A DNA stretch of 64,000 nt from Lophium mytilinum (lineage: Eukaryota). The stretch spans positions 1,367,673-1,431,672 of the forward strand of contig MU004188.1 of assembly GCA_010093605.1 (NCBI GenBank). Direction: 5' to 3'. This document shows, in pieces, positions 50,701 through 63,622 of the stretch. The first letter of the stretch is position 1. Every line of letters begins with the position of its first letter. The position numbers and the translations under genes were made by a program. The notes under the pieces are model-generated. The model made no database searches. It was not told the DNA's origin and worked only from the letters and a program-made list of their open reading frames with translations.

Positions 50701-53700
50701 TATAATAGTAAGTAGTTTCTTATTATAGATTTTATAGTTATACTTAGCTAGAGTTATCTTTTTAGAAAGGAAAGCTATAGGTTAAAGAATTCTATCTAGG
50801 CCTTATTAAGAGAGAATTACTACTATAATATAGTTTAAGGCGTTAGTCTCTAGTATATAGTCTAGGTCTAGATTAAAGTAGGCTAGAACTAGTATAGAGA
50901 GAAATAAGGCTTTAAGCTTCTTAAAGGCCTACACTACTAAACTATTAGTAAGTAGAGAAAAATTACCTTATTCTATTATTTTCTTAGTAAGTTTAGTTAG
51001 TAGAGCGGCTATTTATAAATAGCTAGTAATAAATTGCTAGTAGAAGTTATAGAAACCTAAAAAGAATTAAATATTCTTAATATTCTAGGGCAGCTTCTAG
51101 TCCTAGATAGTACTAACTTTAGTTAAGTCTATTTCTATACTATTAGGCGTAATAATTAGTCTAAGATACTTAATATATTTAACTAAGAAGTAATACTTAT
51201 TAATATTAAGAAAGAGACCTACATTATATAAGGCGGTAAGAATATTTATATAGTTCTTTTTATAATCTTCCTTATTATTACTATATATAAGGACGTTATC
51301 TATATAGGCTATATAGTAGATATTAAGATATAGTTATAATATAGAGTTAATAAATAATTAAAATATTCTAGGGGCGTTATATAAGCTAAAAGATATAATA
51401 TTAAATTTAAAAACGCTATATTAAGTCTAAAAGGCCGTTTTTAGCTAATTACTATTCTTAATATAAATATTATTAAAGGCGGCAATAATATTAAAGATAG
51501 AGTATATCTTAGCTTTATAAAGCTGCATAATTATATTATATAAGAAAGAAGGGGCGTTTCTATCTTTAATTATAATTTTATTTAGTAAATAGTAATTAAT
51601 ATAGATATAGAGTTCTCTACCTAGCTTATAGATAACTATAACGGGCGCTATAAATAGTAATATGCTAGGGTAAATAAAGCTCTTTCTAAGTATCTTATAA
51701 ATATAGGCCTTAACTACGCGGAGCTTATTATAGAAGAGGCTATACTAGTAAGAAATAGATAGTTTAGTATTAGGGTTCTTAAAGTTAATAGTATAATCTA
51801 TACTAGACCTATATAGTAGTAGCTTATTTACTACTTATAGATTAAAGGCGTCTAAAATCTAGTAGAAAAATAGTAGAACTTTTTCTTATAGCTAATTCTT
51901 AGTATATAGTAATTTAGTTATCTTCTTCTTAAAGTAATAGTAGTTCTCTATAGTAACGCCTATAAGGTTTACTATCTAGTATCTATAGGTATATTACTTA
52001 TCTATTTTCTAGAGCTAGTCTAATTATTTAAAGTCTTATAAAGTAATAGTTATTACTATATCTCTATTTTACTTTACTATAGTAGAATAGGTATATACAG
52101 AAATAAACTAAATATTATATACTAGAGGCTTATTTAGTAGAACTAGTTTAGGCGGAAGAGGCTTACTATTATAATTAAGCTAAGGGGAGTCTTCCGCATT
52201 ATTAGGGCCTTTAATAACCGGGCTAAGGTTAGAATTAGAGTTAGAGTTAGAGTTAGAGTTAGAGTTAGAGTTAGGGTTAGAGTTATATTAAGAGCTATAG
52301 AAATTACCTAGGTTCTAGTATAGTTTAATTTTAATATATTTTAAATAAATAAGGCTCTTTATAATAATAGGCCTACTATATTAAAGGTAGTTAGATATAT
52401 AGTAGTTAGATTAGAAGACTAGCTAGGTCTTTCTAAAGCTAATAGTAGGGTTATAAAGCTAAAGCTAAGGTATACCTAAGATTATATTATATTATCTAGT
52501 ATTAGTAATATAGTAAGTAATAGTATTATAGTAGTTACCTATATAGAAGGTAATATCTACTATATAGTCTAGTATAATAGAGGGCTTACTATTAGTAAGC
52601 TTAAGAATAATAGGTTATAAAAGGGATTAGGTAGGTATTTTATAAAGGCGCGCGGTCTTTAAATAAAGGAATTAAGAGCCTAATTCTATATTAGAAAGAA
52701 TCTTAGTAGTAAAAGAGTTAGAAATAGAATTAGATTAAAGGATTCTATCTAAGAAACTAAATTATTTACTATTAACTAGTTGCGGCGTAAGAGTAGATAT
52801 ATATATAATAACTAGCTTAATTTCTTATTCTAAAATAGTAATCCTATCTATAACTACTCTTAATTTTCTATTATTAAAGGCTAGAGGTCCTTAGTAGTAA
52901 CTATTACTAAAAACTAGATATTTTCTATTATTTTATTATAGGTAGAGCTAGTATTTATAGTACTAATATTAATGCTAGTAAGGCTAATTTTATTAGTAAG
53001 ACTACTAACTTTATAGATAGAGACTAGCTATTATCTAATATATAGGGCGTTGCTATTAGCTATATATCTACGCTCTAGATAGTTCTAGTAATATCTAAGC
53101 TACTTAAGGCGTGCAATAGTATAGTAGTTATAACTAAAGGGGCTAGAGAAGTTATTTACAGTAGTAGTAGTAGCGGTGCTAGAGGTAGTATTACTAGTAT
53201 TATTCTTAGATATATACTTAGTATTAGTAAGCGGCGGGTAGTAAGGTATAGATAAGCTACCGCCTATAGCTTTATAGTTATTACGCGTAGACTTAAAGGT
53301 CTTTTTATTCTTTTAGGTATTTTTATTTAGTTTAATAATATTAAGCTATAATTCTAAAGTCTAGAGAAATATAATAAAAGTTATTATATTAGTATCTTAT
53401 CTATTAGCGGCCTTATACTTAAGGCTATTAGCAAGATTATACTATATATAGTAGATCTTCTTAGGGTTTTTAAGGTAGAGGGAGGCTACGCTAGTATTAA
53501 AGCGTTCTATCTAGATTATAATACGCTTATCTTTCTCTTATATAAACTTACTATTATATAAATTAGTATATATATCTACTACTTTATTAAAAGGTCTATA
53601 GACCTTATCTAGGTTATTAATTAATTTCTCTATAGAGAGGTATAGCTTATTACTATTAGGTTTAGCGTAGTAGAAAATTATATTAAATACTTTACTTTTA

Positions 53701-55602
53701 AGCCTATTATAGATATATACTATATAATAATATAAGATAGTATATAGTAGTATATAGATATCTAGCTTACTAAGTATCTATATATACTATTATTAGTAGA
53801 ATAGCTTATTCTTATTACTACTACTAAACTTATCTAGATTAGGGTAATAAGATATTACTATATACGCGCTAAGATTCTAAATAGGCATAAATAGAGTAGT
53901 AGACTTACTCTTAATAGATTTAAACTATAAAAGCTAGCTAATAGAATAATAGTAAACTAGTACTACAGGTATAAAAGAGCGGGTGCTATTATTATTATTA
54001 TTAGAATTATAGTTAGAGTTTAAAAGTAGTAGATAAGTCTATTAAGAAAGCTATTATTTAAGCTTCTTAATATAAGTAGTAAGTTTCTTATATATCTCTT
54101 TAAGAGTTTAGTACTTACTATACTAGTAATTATAATATAGGCGCATCTAGTTAAGCTTAAGGTTAGTCTAATAACTACTTATAACTTACTATAGCTACTT
54201 AGTATAATAGGCCTCTAATTCTTATTCTACTATAGTAGTATTATTAGAGGTATCTTATTTATACTTCTAGTACTTATTCTAGAGATTATTATAGAGCTTA
54301 TCTTTTTTATTAGCTTCTTTAAAGCCTACTTTATACTCTATATAGAGCTTCTAGAAGAACTTCTACTATACTAGATTATTCTTATTTACTATAGTAGTAA
54401 ACTCTATCTTATTAGTAACTATAGTATTAATAGTTATAGTACTATTACTATAATAGTTAAGAAGCTAGACTAGTAGCTATATATAGCGCTATAGGTTAGT
54501 TTTTTATAGTTTCTCTAGAATATCTATATATTTAGGTTTAGTATCTAGAACCTATTTAGTTTTATAGCGTGTAACTAGAATAGAGGCTCTTTAATCTACT
54601 ATAGATACTTAGTAATAAGTAGTATATAGCTTACTACTACTAGCTTAGATATAAGAGTTATATATATTATCTTCTATAATAAATTAAATAGCGCGCTTAT
54701 CTAGAATATTTACGCTAGGCGTAATAAAGCCGCCTTTATTATTAAAGTCTTAGTTTAGATTAAGTTTATTAGTAATAGTCTAGTTCTAGTTCTAGTTTAT
54801 AGGTTTAGTAGTATTAACTTAATTATCTACTAAGTATTTAGGGCGCTAGGTATTAGCGCGCTAGACGTTAGTGCGCTAGGTATTAGCGCGCTAGGTATTA
54901 GCGCGCTAAGTATTATCTATAGTCTATAAGAAGGCTTAGGTCTCTTTTTAAATATTTAGAATTAGTCCTCTAGTTCTATACTAGAAGCTAGAAATAATAG
55001 CTAGAGTAGAAGAGCCTTTTACTACGCCTTAAAAATATATAAGTTATATAGTATAGCGGGCTTTCTTATTACTAGCTATTAATAGAGTTATAGAAGTATA
55101 GGTAATAGATAGTTTTTCTAAAGTATTTAGGTTAGCGCTATTTATAGCGCCTAGAGTCTTTAGATTATCTTAAAGCCTAGCTATTAAATTAACTACTAGC
55201 TTATTTAAAGAAGGTAGTGCTAGATTATAGTCCGCTAGGTTAAATTTAGATACCGCGCGTAGCTATATAGCTAGGCTAGTAGGTAGATATTTAATTAGTT
55301 TTAATAAAAATACCTAGATCTTATAATAGAGTTCTAGAAAAAATTAATAAAATTCTAAGTATAGAAGGGAGAGCTTAGATTATATAGGGGGCTAATATAA
55401 TATAAGTAATAAAGTATATTAACTATTATAAAAATCTAAGCTAAGAAGGAGAGAGAGAGCTAGAAGCTCTTAAGAGGTTATAGTTTAACGCCGGCGTATA
55501 GGCCGCAGCCTAGCGCCGGGCTAGTATCTTACTTAGATTATATAAGGGGCGGTATATAACCTTAGTATATAATTATTAAAATTCTAGGTTTATACTATAA
55601 TA
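47788..55602 (-). mobile_element. Ty3/Gypsy chromovirus 'D1', full length (7815 bp), inserted in gag of E
   Basis: 220-bp LTRs 47788-48007 and 55383-55602. TSD TATCT (47783-47787, 55603-55607). PPT complement at 48008. RT Y(M/I)DD remnant 51295-51306. Confidence 0.95.
52229..52284. repeat. (TTAGAG)n hexamer microsatellite inside pol of D1
   Basis: About 9 units, one of them TTAGGG. It lies between the protease and RT regions. Confidence 0.9.
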
Positions 55603-56350
55603 TATCTAGACTAGTAGTATAACCCCTAATTATATATAAAAGCTAATAAAGTTATATATAATCTACCTTCTAGGCTATAGATATTATAGTATAAACCTAG
55701 AATTATAATAATTATATACTAAGGTTATATACCGCCCCTTATATAATCTAAGTAAGATGCTAGCCTAGCGCTAGGCCGCAGCCTATATACTAGTGTTAAA
55801 CTATAACCTCTTAAGAGCTTCTAGCTCTCTCTTTTCTTTTTAGCTTAAATTTTTATAATAGTTAATATACCTTATTACTTATATTATATTAGCCCCCCTA
55901 TATAATCTAAGCTCTCTCTTCTATACTTAGAATCTTATTAATTTTTTCTAGAACTCTATTATAAGATCTAGGCGTTTTTTACTAAAACTAATTAAATACT
56001 TTTCTACCGGCCTAGCTATATAGCTACGCGCGGCACCTAAATCTAACCTAGTAGACTATAATCTAGTACTACCTTCTTTAAATAAGCTAGTTAATCTAAT
56101 AGCTAGGCTTTAAGATAATTTAAAGACTCTAGGCGCTATAAGTAGCGCTAATCTAAATACTTTAGAATATACTTCTATAACTCTATTAACTACTAGTAAT
56201 AAGAAAGCCTACTATACTATACGCCTTATACGCTTTTAAGGCGTAGTAAAAGGCTCTTCTATTCTAGCTATTATTTCTAGCTTCTAGTATAGAACTAGAG
56301 GACTAATTCTAAATATTTAAAAAGAGACCTAAGCCTTCTTATAGACTATA

Positions 56351-56455
56351 GATAATACTTAGCGCGCTAATACCTAGCGCGCTAATACCTAGCGCACTAA
56401 TGCCTAGCGCGCTAATACCTAGCGCACTAATGCCTAGCGCGCTAATAACTAGCGC
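56351..56455 (+). repeat. 15-bp tandem repeat (GCTAATACCTAGCGC; de-RIP ADAQR peptide) x7 in D2; x5 in D1 (54843-54917)
   Basis: Units counted directly in both copies. Confidence 0.88.
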
Positions 56456-58845
56456 CTAGAATACTTAGTAGATAAATAAGTTAACGCTACTAGAACCTTA
56501 AACTAGAATATTACTAATAAACTTAACCTAGACTATAACTCTAATAATAAAGGCGGCTTTATAATACCTAGCATAAATATTCTAGATAAGCGCGCTATTT
56601 AATTTATTATAGAAGATAATATATATAAACTATAAGTTAGTAGTAGTAAGCTATGCGCTATTTATTACTAAGTCTCTATAGTAGATTAATAAGCCTTTAT
56701 TCTAGTTATATACTATAAGACTAAGTAGATTCTAAATACTAAATCTAAGTATATAAATATTCTAAAAAGACTATAAGAAACTAATCTATAGCGCTATATA
56801 TAGCTACTAGTCTAGCTTCTTAACTATTATAGTAATAGTACTATAACTATTAATACTATAGTTACTAATAAGATAGAGTTTACTACTATAGTAAATAAGA
56901 ATAACCTAGTATAGTAGAAATTCTTCTAGAAGCTCTATATAGAGTATAAAGTAGGCTTTAAAAAAGCTAATAAAAAAAATAAGCTCTATAATAACCTCTA
57001 GAATAAATACTAGAAGTATAAATAGAATACTACTAATAATACTACTATAGTAGAATAAGAACTAAAGGCCTATTATACTAAGTAGCTATAGTAAGTTATA
57101 ATTAGTTATTAGGCTAACCTTAAGCTTAATTAGATGCGCCTATACTATAATTACTAGTATAGTAAGTACTAGACCCTTAAGAATATATATAAAAAGCTTA
57201 CTACTTATATTAAAAAGCTTAAATAATAGCTTTATTAGTAGAATCTATAGCCCTTAGACCCTAATTATAATTCTAATAATAATAATAGTACTTATTCTTC
57301 TACGCCTATAGTTCTACTCCGCTATTATTCTATTAGCTAGCCCCTATAGTTTAAACCTATTAAGAGTAAGTCTACTACTCTATTTACGCCTATTTAGAAT
57401 CTTAGTATATATATAGTAATATCTTATTATTCTAATCTAGATAAGTTTAGTAGTAGTAATAAGAATAAGCTATTCTACTAGTAATAGTATATATAGATAC
57501 TTAGTAAGCTAGATATCTATATACTACTATATACTACTATATATTATTATATAATATATATTTATAATAGGCTTAAGAAAGAAGCCTTTAATATAATCTT
57601 CTATTATACTAAACCTAATAGTAATAAGCTATACCTCTCTATAGAAAAACTAATTAATAATCTAGATAAGGTCTATAGACCTTTTAATAAAGCGGCTAAT
57701 ATATATACTAATTTATATAATAGTAAATTTATATAAAAGAAAAATAAGCGCGTTATAACCTAGGTAGGGCGCTTTAATACTAGTATAGCCTTCCTCTACC
57801 TTAAAGACTCTAAGAAGATCTATTATATATAATATAATCTTGCTAATAGCCTTAAATATAAGGCGGCTAATAGGTAAGATACTAATATAATAACTTTTAT
57901 TACCTTTCTATAGACTCTAGAATTATAGCTTAATATTATTAAGCTAAATAAGAATATCTATAAAGATAAGAATACTTCTAAGTCTACGCGTAATACCTAT
58001 AAACCTATAGGCGTAGAATTAATAGTACCTTACCGCCCGCTACTTACTAATACTAAGTATATATCTAAGAATAATACTAGTAATACTACTCTAACTACTA
58101 CTACTATAAATAACTCTCTAGGCCCCTTTAATTAGAATTACCGCACTATTACTTACCTTAAGTAGCTAGGTTACTACTAGAACTATCTTAAATATAAATA
58201 TATAGCTAATAGTAACGCCCTATATATTAGTTAATAGCTAGTTTTAATCTATAAGATTAGCGGCCTTATAGATAAGATTAACCTTACTAGCGTTAATATT
58301 AATATTAGCGCTATAAATACTAGCTCTATCTATAATAAGATAATAGAAAATACTTAGTTTTTAGTAATAGTTACTACTAAGAACCTCTAACAGCCTTTAA
58401 TAATAGAAAATTAAAAGTAGTTATAGATAGAATTACTATTTTAGAATAGAAGATTAAGCCGGTTATTATATATATATCTACTCTTACGCTATAGCTAGTT
58501 AATAGTAAATAGTTTAGCTTCTTAGATAGAATTCTCTAATCTAATTCTATTTCTAACTCTTTTACTACTAAGATTCTTTCTAATATAGAATTAGGCTCTT
58601 AGTTTCTTTATTTAAAGACTATACACCTTTATAAGATATCTACCTAACCCCTTTTATAACCTATTATTCTTAAGCTTATAGATAGTAAGCCCTCTATTAT
58701 ATTAGACTATACTATAAATATTACCTTCTATATAGGTAACTACTATAATATAGCTACTTACTATATTACTAATACTAGATAATATAATATAATCTTAGAT
58801 ATGCCCTAGTTATAGCTTTATAACCCTACTATTAGCTTTTAAAAG

Positions 58846-59120
58846 NNNNNNNNNNNNNNNNNNNNNNNNNNNNNNNNNNNNNNNNNNNNNNNNNNNNNNN
58901 NNNNNNNNNNNNNNNNNNNNNNNNNNNNNNNNNNNNNNNNNNNNNNNNNNNNNNNNNNNNNNNNNNNNNNNNNNNNNNNNNNNNNNNNNNNNNNNNNNNN
59001 NNNNNNNNNNNNNNNNNNNNNNNNNNNNNNNNNNNNNNNNNNNNNNNNNNNNNNNNNNNNNNNNNNNNNNNNNNNNNNNNNNNNNNNNNNNNNNNNNNNN
59101 NNNNNNNNNNNNNNNNNNNN
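58846..59120. other. Assembly gap (275 N)
   Basis: Run of N. Confidence 1.
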
Positions 59121-62100
59121 AATAAAAATATAGTAATAACTATTACTTTATAAGACTTTAAGTAATTAGACTAGCCTAATAAAATAGATAAGTAATACGC
59201 CTACGGGCGCTAGATAGTAAACCTTATAGGCGTTACTATAGAAGATTACTATTAATTTAAGAAGAAAATAACTAAATTACCTTATACTAAAGATTAGCTA
59301 TAGTAGAAAGTTCCATCTTTTTTCTATTAGATTCTAGATACTTTTAATCTATAAGTAGCTAATAAACTACTACTATATAGATATAGTATAGACTATACTA
59401 TTAACTTTAAGAATCTAAATATAAAACCTTCTATTCTATACTAATATAGCCTTTTTTATAATAAGCTACGTGCCGTTAAAGCCTATATTAATAAGATACT
59501 TAGAAAGAGCTTTATTCGCCCTAGCACGTTACTATTTATAGCGCCTATTATTATTATCTATAAGCTAGGTAGAGGACTCTACATCTATATTAATTACTAC
59601 TTACTAAATAAAATTATAATTAAGGATAGAAATGCACCCCCTTTCTTATATAATATAATTACGTAGCTTTATAAAGCTAAGATATACTCTATCTTTAATA
59701 TTATTACTATATTTAATAATATTTACGTTAAGAATAGTAACTAATATAAGATAGCCTTCTATACTTAATATAGCGTCTTTAAATTTAATATTATACCCTT
59801 TAGCCTATATAACGCTTCTAGTATATTTTAATTATTTATTAATTCTATACTACGCTTATACCTAGATATCTACTATATAGCTTATATAGATAATATTCTT
59901 ATCTATAGTAATAATAAAGAGAATTATAAAAAGAACTATATAAATGTTCTTATAGTACTATATAATATAGAACTCTTTCTTAATATTAATAAGTATTATT
60001 TCTTAGTTAAACGCGTAAAGTATCTTAGACTTATTATTACGCCTAATAGTATAGAGATAGACCTAACTAAGATTAGCGCTATCTAAAACTAGAAGCTACT
60101 CTATAATATTAAGAATATTTAATTATTCCTTAGCTTTTATAATTTCTATTAATAATTTATTACTAGTTATTTATAGATCGCCGCCCTACTAACTAAGCTT
60201 ACTAAGAAAATAATAGAATAAAGTAATTTTTCTTTACTTACTAATAGTCTAGTAGTATAAGCCTTTAAGAAGCTTAAAGCCTTATTTCTATCTATATTAG
60301 TTCTAGCCTACTTTAATCTAGATCTAGACTATATACTAGAGACTAATACCTTAGATTATATTATAGCTATAATTCTCTCTTAATAAGGCCTAGATAGAAT
60401 TCTCTACCCTATTACCTTTCTATCTAAGAAGATAACTCTAGTAGAATATAACTATAAGATATATAATAAAGAGTTACTTACTATTATCTATACCTTTAAA
60501 GAATAGCGCCCTAAACTTACTAGTGTTATTAACCCTACGCTTATATAAATAGACTATAAGAATCTAGAATACTTTATATTTTCTAAATAGTTAAATCGCT
60601 AATAAGCCCGCTAGGCTAAGTATTTTTCTTAATTTAACTTTATTCTAAACTAGTAACTAGGTAAGTAGTTAACTAAGCCTAATAGCCTTACTTATAGGCC
60701 TAGTAATATTCTAGATAATCTAAATAACTTTAGAACTATATATTAAATATAGATAGTATTAAAGAAAAGAAACCTACTAGAAGAAATATACTAAGCCCTC
60801 TAGCTTACTAGTATACTTTTTAATAAATAGAAAGTATCTATTATATAGCTTACTAATTTAATATATAAAGTTATAGAATAATACTCTATAGATATTCTAT
60901 ATATTATTCTAGCAGCTAATAGAATAAAAGAAAAGAAGCGCTTAGCTAAGGCTGTAGCTAATTATAGTAAGTTAGATAAGAATCTATAAAATACTACCCC
61001 TATTATAATATCTATAACTACTAATAGTCTACCTAAAGAAGAAGTACTAGAAGTATCTAAACCTAGTAATAAGTTAGATAAGAACTTACTAGGAAACTAT
61101 ACTAATAACGCTACTATTTAGTAGATTAATTAAGCCTATATAGAGAATAATATTCTCTAGCATATTATATATACTAAGAAAATAGGTAAATAATAAATTT
61201 CTTTTAAACTTATTTAAAAATAAGAAATTAAAATTAAGCTTAGTAACTATAAAATTTATAAAAATAGGCTATTTATTAATAGCTACCTATATATTTCTTA
61301 TAATATAAAGCTCTATATATAATTAATTAAGAAAGCCTATAACTCTCTCCCTAGAGAATATACTAGAAGAAACTCTCTTTATTATTACCTCTTCTTCTAG
61401 TACTACTAGCTAGGTATTATAAACTCTATTACTATATATATTAATACCTATTTAATATATAGGCGTACTAAGGTCTATAAAGATAGTAAATATAGCTTAC
61501 TTAAGCTATTACCTATTTTAAATTAGTACTAGATAGATATCTCTATTAATTTTATTACTAAGCTGCCTCTCTATACTATTAAAGGCCGCATATACTAATA
61601 TATTATAGTAGTTATTAATTAACTATCTAAGAAATATAAATTTATTTCTCTAGACTCTATAGAGCTAGAAGATGTTATATAGGCCTTTATTAATTAGATT
61701 TAGTATAAAGAGGGCTATCTAGACTATATTATATTTAACTATAGTATATAGTTTATATTTTTCTTTTAGAAGTACCTATATAAATATATAGAAATATATT
61801 TAAAGCTATCTACTATAGCCTATTTAAAAACTAATAGCTAGACTAAAATTATTAATATAGGTTTAAAGTAGTACCTGCGCGCGTATATTTATTATCTATA
61901 AGATAACTAGGTAAACCTAATTACCTTTACTAAATTTAAGGCTAATACTAATATTAATTAGTCTACTAGCGTATTACTATTTAAAGCTACTAAAAGCTAT
62001 ATACTCTATAGTAGCTTAAAGCTATTATCTTAAGGCGTTATTATTCTAGGCTCTAAGCGCTAAGAAGTTAATATAGCTAAGAAACTTATTACGCGCATTT

Positions 62101-63544
62101 ATAATCTATAAGAGTTTCTTAAAAAAGAACTCTATTAGAATTAATCTAAGATAAAGAAGCTAGCTAATTAAAATTAGCTACCCGCCCTAGAGTTTAAAGT
62201 TAATAATATAGTTATACTAAATACTAAGAATATCTATACTATATAGCTAAGTAAGTCTTTTAACTATAAGAACCTTAGTCCCTTTTATATAATACGGGTT
62301 ATTAATAATATAGCCTATAAGCTAGAACTTTCTAAGTCTATAAAAGGAATTTTTCTAGTATTTTACCCCTAGTTACTTTATTAAATTAATAAGATACCTC
62401 TTCTAGAATAATATCTAGAACCCCTGCCTATACTTAAAATAGAAGAAGATAGCTTTATAGAGTAGTACTATATTAATAAAGTTCTTAATTTCTAATTTAA
62501 TAGCCACTAATTAGATCTATATATAGGTAAGAAACTCTACCTTATATATAAGATAGCCTAGACCGGGTATAATAATACCTAGCCTAAATAGAAACCTTAC
62601 TAGAATGCGGATAGCTATAATAAGCTTCTTATAGAGTATTATAATAAGTATAGCCTTAAACTAGAATCTTATTTAATATTTAGTATATTAAAATAGAAGG
62701 TTATAAAAATAATAGGTAAAAGTATAAGCGCTACTATAGTAATAGTAGGCCTATAGAATATTCTTAGTACTAGCCTAAGTAAGTATAAATAGTAACCTTA
62801 TTAGGTAGCTAAGTTATCTTATAAGAAGGCTATTCTATATAGGTAACCTAAAGTAGAACTCTAATAGATAGAAGCTAATAATAGGCCTTAGGTTAATTTA
62901 TATAGCCTGCTTGCAGCGCTTAAAAATAAATATAATAATAGAAATAATAGAAATAATAGAAATAATAGATATAGTAAGACTATAGATAATAGTAAGTATA
63001 GAGATAGTAAGGCTACATAAGTAGCTTAATAAGAATAGAATAGAAAGAATAGAAGAGCTATAATATATTATAAGCCTTATAGAACTTTAGCTTTTAAAGA
63101 AGGGGGTAGTATTATAGTATAAATCTAAAATTATAATAATTATATACTAAGGTTATATACCGCCCCTTATATAACCTAAGTAAGACGCTAGCCCGGCGCT
63201 AGGCCGCGGTCTATACGCCGGCGTTAAACTATAACCTCTTAAGAGCTTCTAGCTCTCTCTCTTCTTTTTAGCTTAGATTTTTATAATAGTTAATATACCT
63301 TATTACTTATATTATATTAGCCCCCCTATAATAAAGGCTATAATAATATCTATAACCTTAAATAGAAACTCCGCCTAGATATTATTACTAGCGCTATTTT
63401 AGATAAAGGCTTTACTACTAGTCTATAGTATATTAATACTATATATAAATAGCTCTATAATAATAGTATTAATAAAAATATGTAACCTAATAACTATAGC
63501 TTTAGTAATTTTAACTATAACTAGCTCTAAGGCTTTAATTATAA

Positions 63545-63622
63545 TAGTTATAACTATAATAACTATAATTACTATAATAACTATAATTACTATAACTATA
63601 ATTATAACTATAACTATAACTA
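63545..63622 (+). repeat. Low-complexity AACTAT/AAT repeat in the gag C-terminal region of E
   Basis: Directly visible degenerate 6-9 bp units just upstream of the zinc-knuckle region. Confidence 0.75.

Larger units (their letters stand above)
55682..63330 (+). mobile_element. Ty3/Gypsy chromovirus 'D2', full length with an assembly gap, inserted in gag of E opposite to D1
   Basis: 221-bp LTRs 55682-55902 and 63110-63330. TSD ATAGA/ATAAA (55677-55681, 63331-63335; one G>A). PPT AAAGAAGGGGGTAG ending at 63109. RT remnant 59883-59894. Chromodomain YKIAWTGY..PEWEPY at ~62545-62600. Confidence 0.94.

Noticed and set aside
52229..52284. Interstitial telomere (TTAGGG-like array)
   Set aside because: Only one unit is TTAGGG. 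The array sits inside D1 pol and reads as a dipeptide repeat (AAC TCT) on the coding strand.
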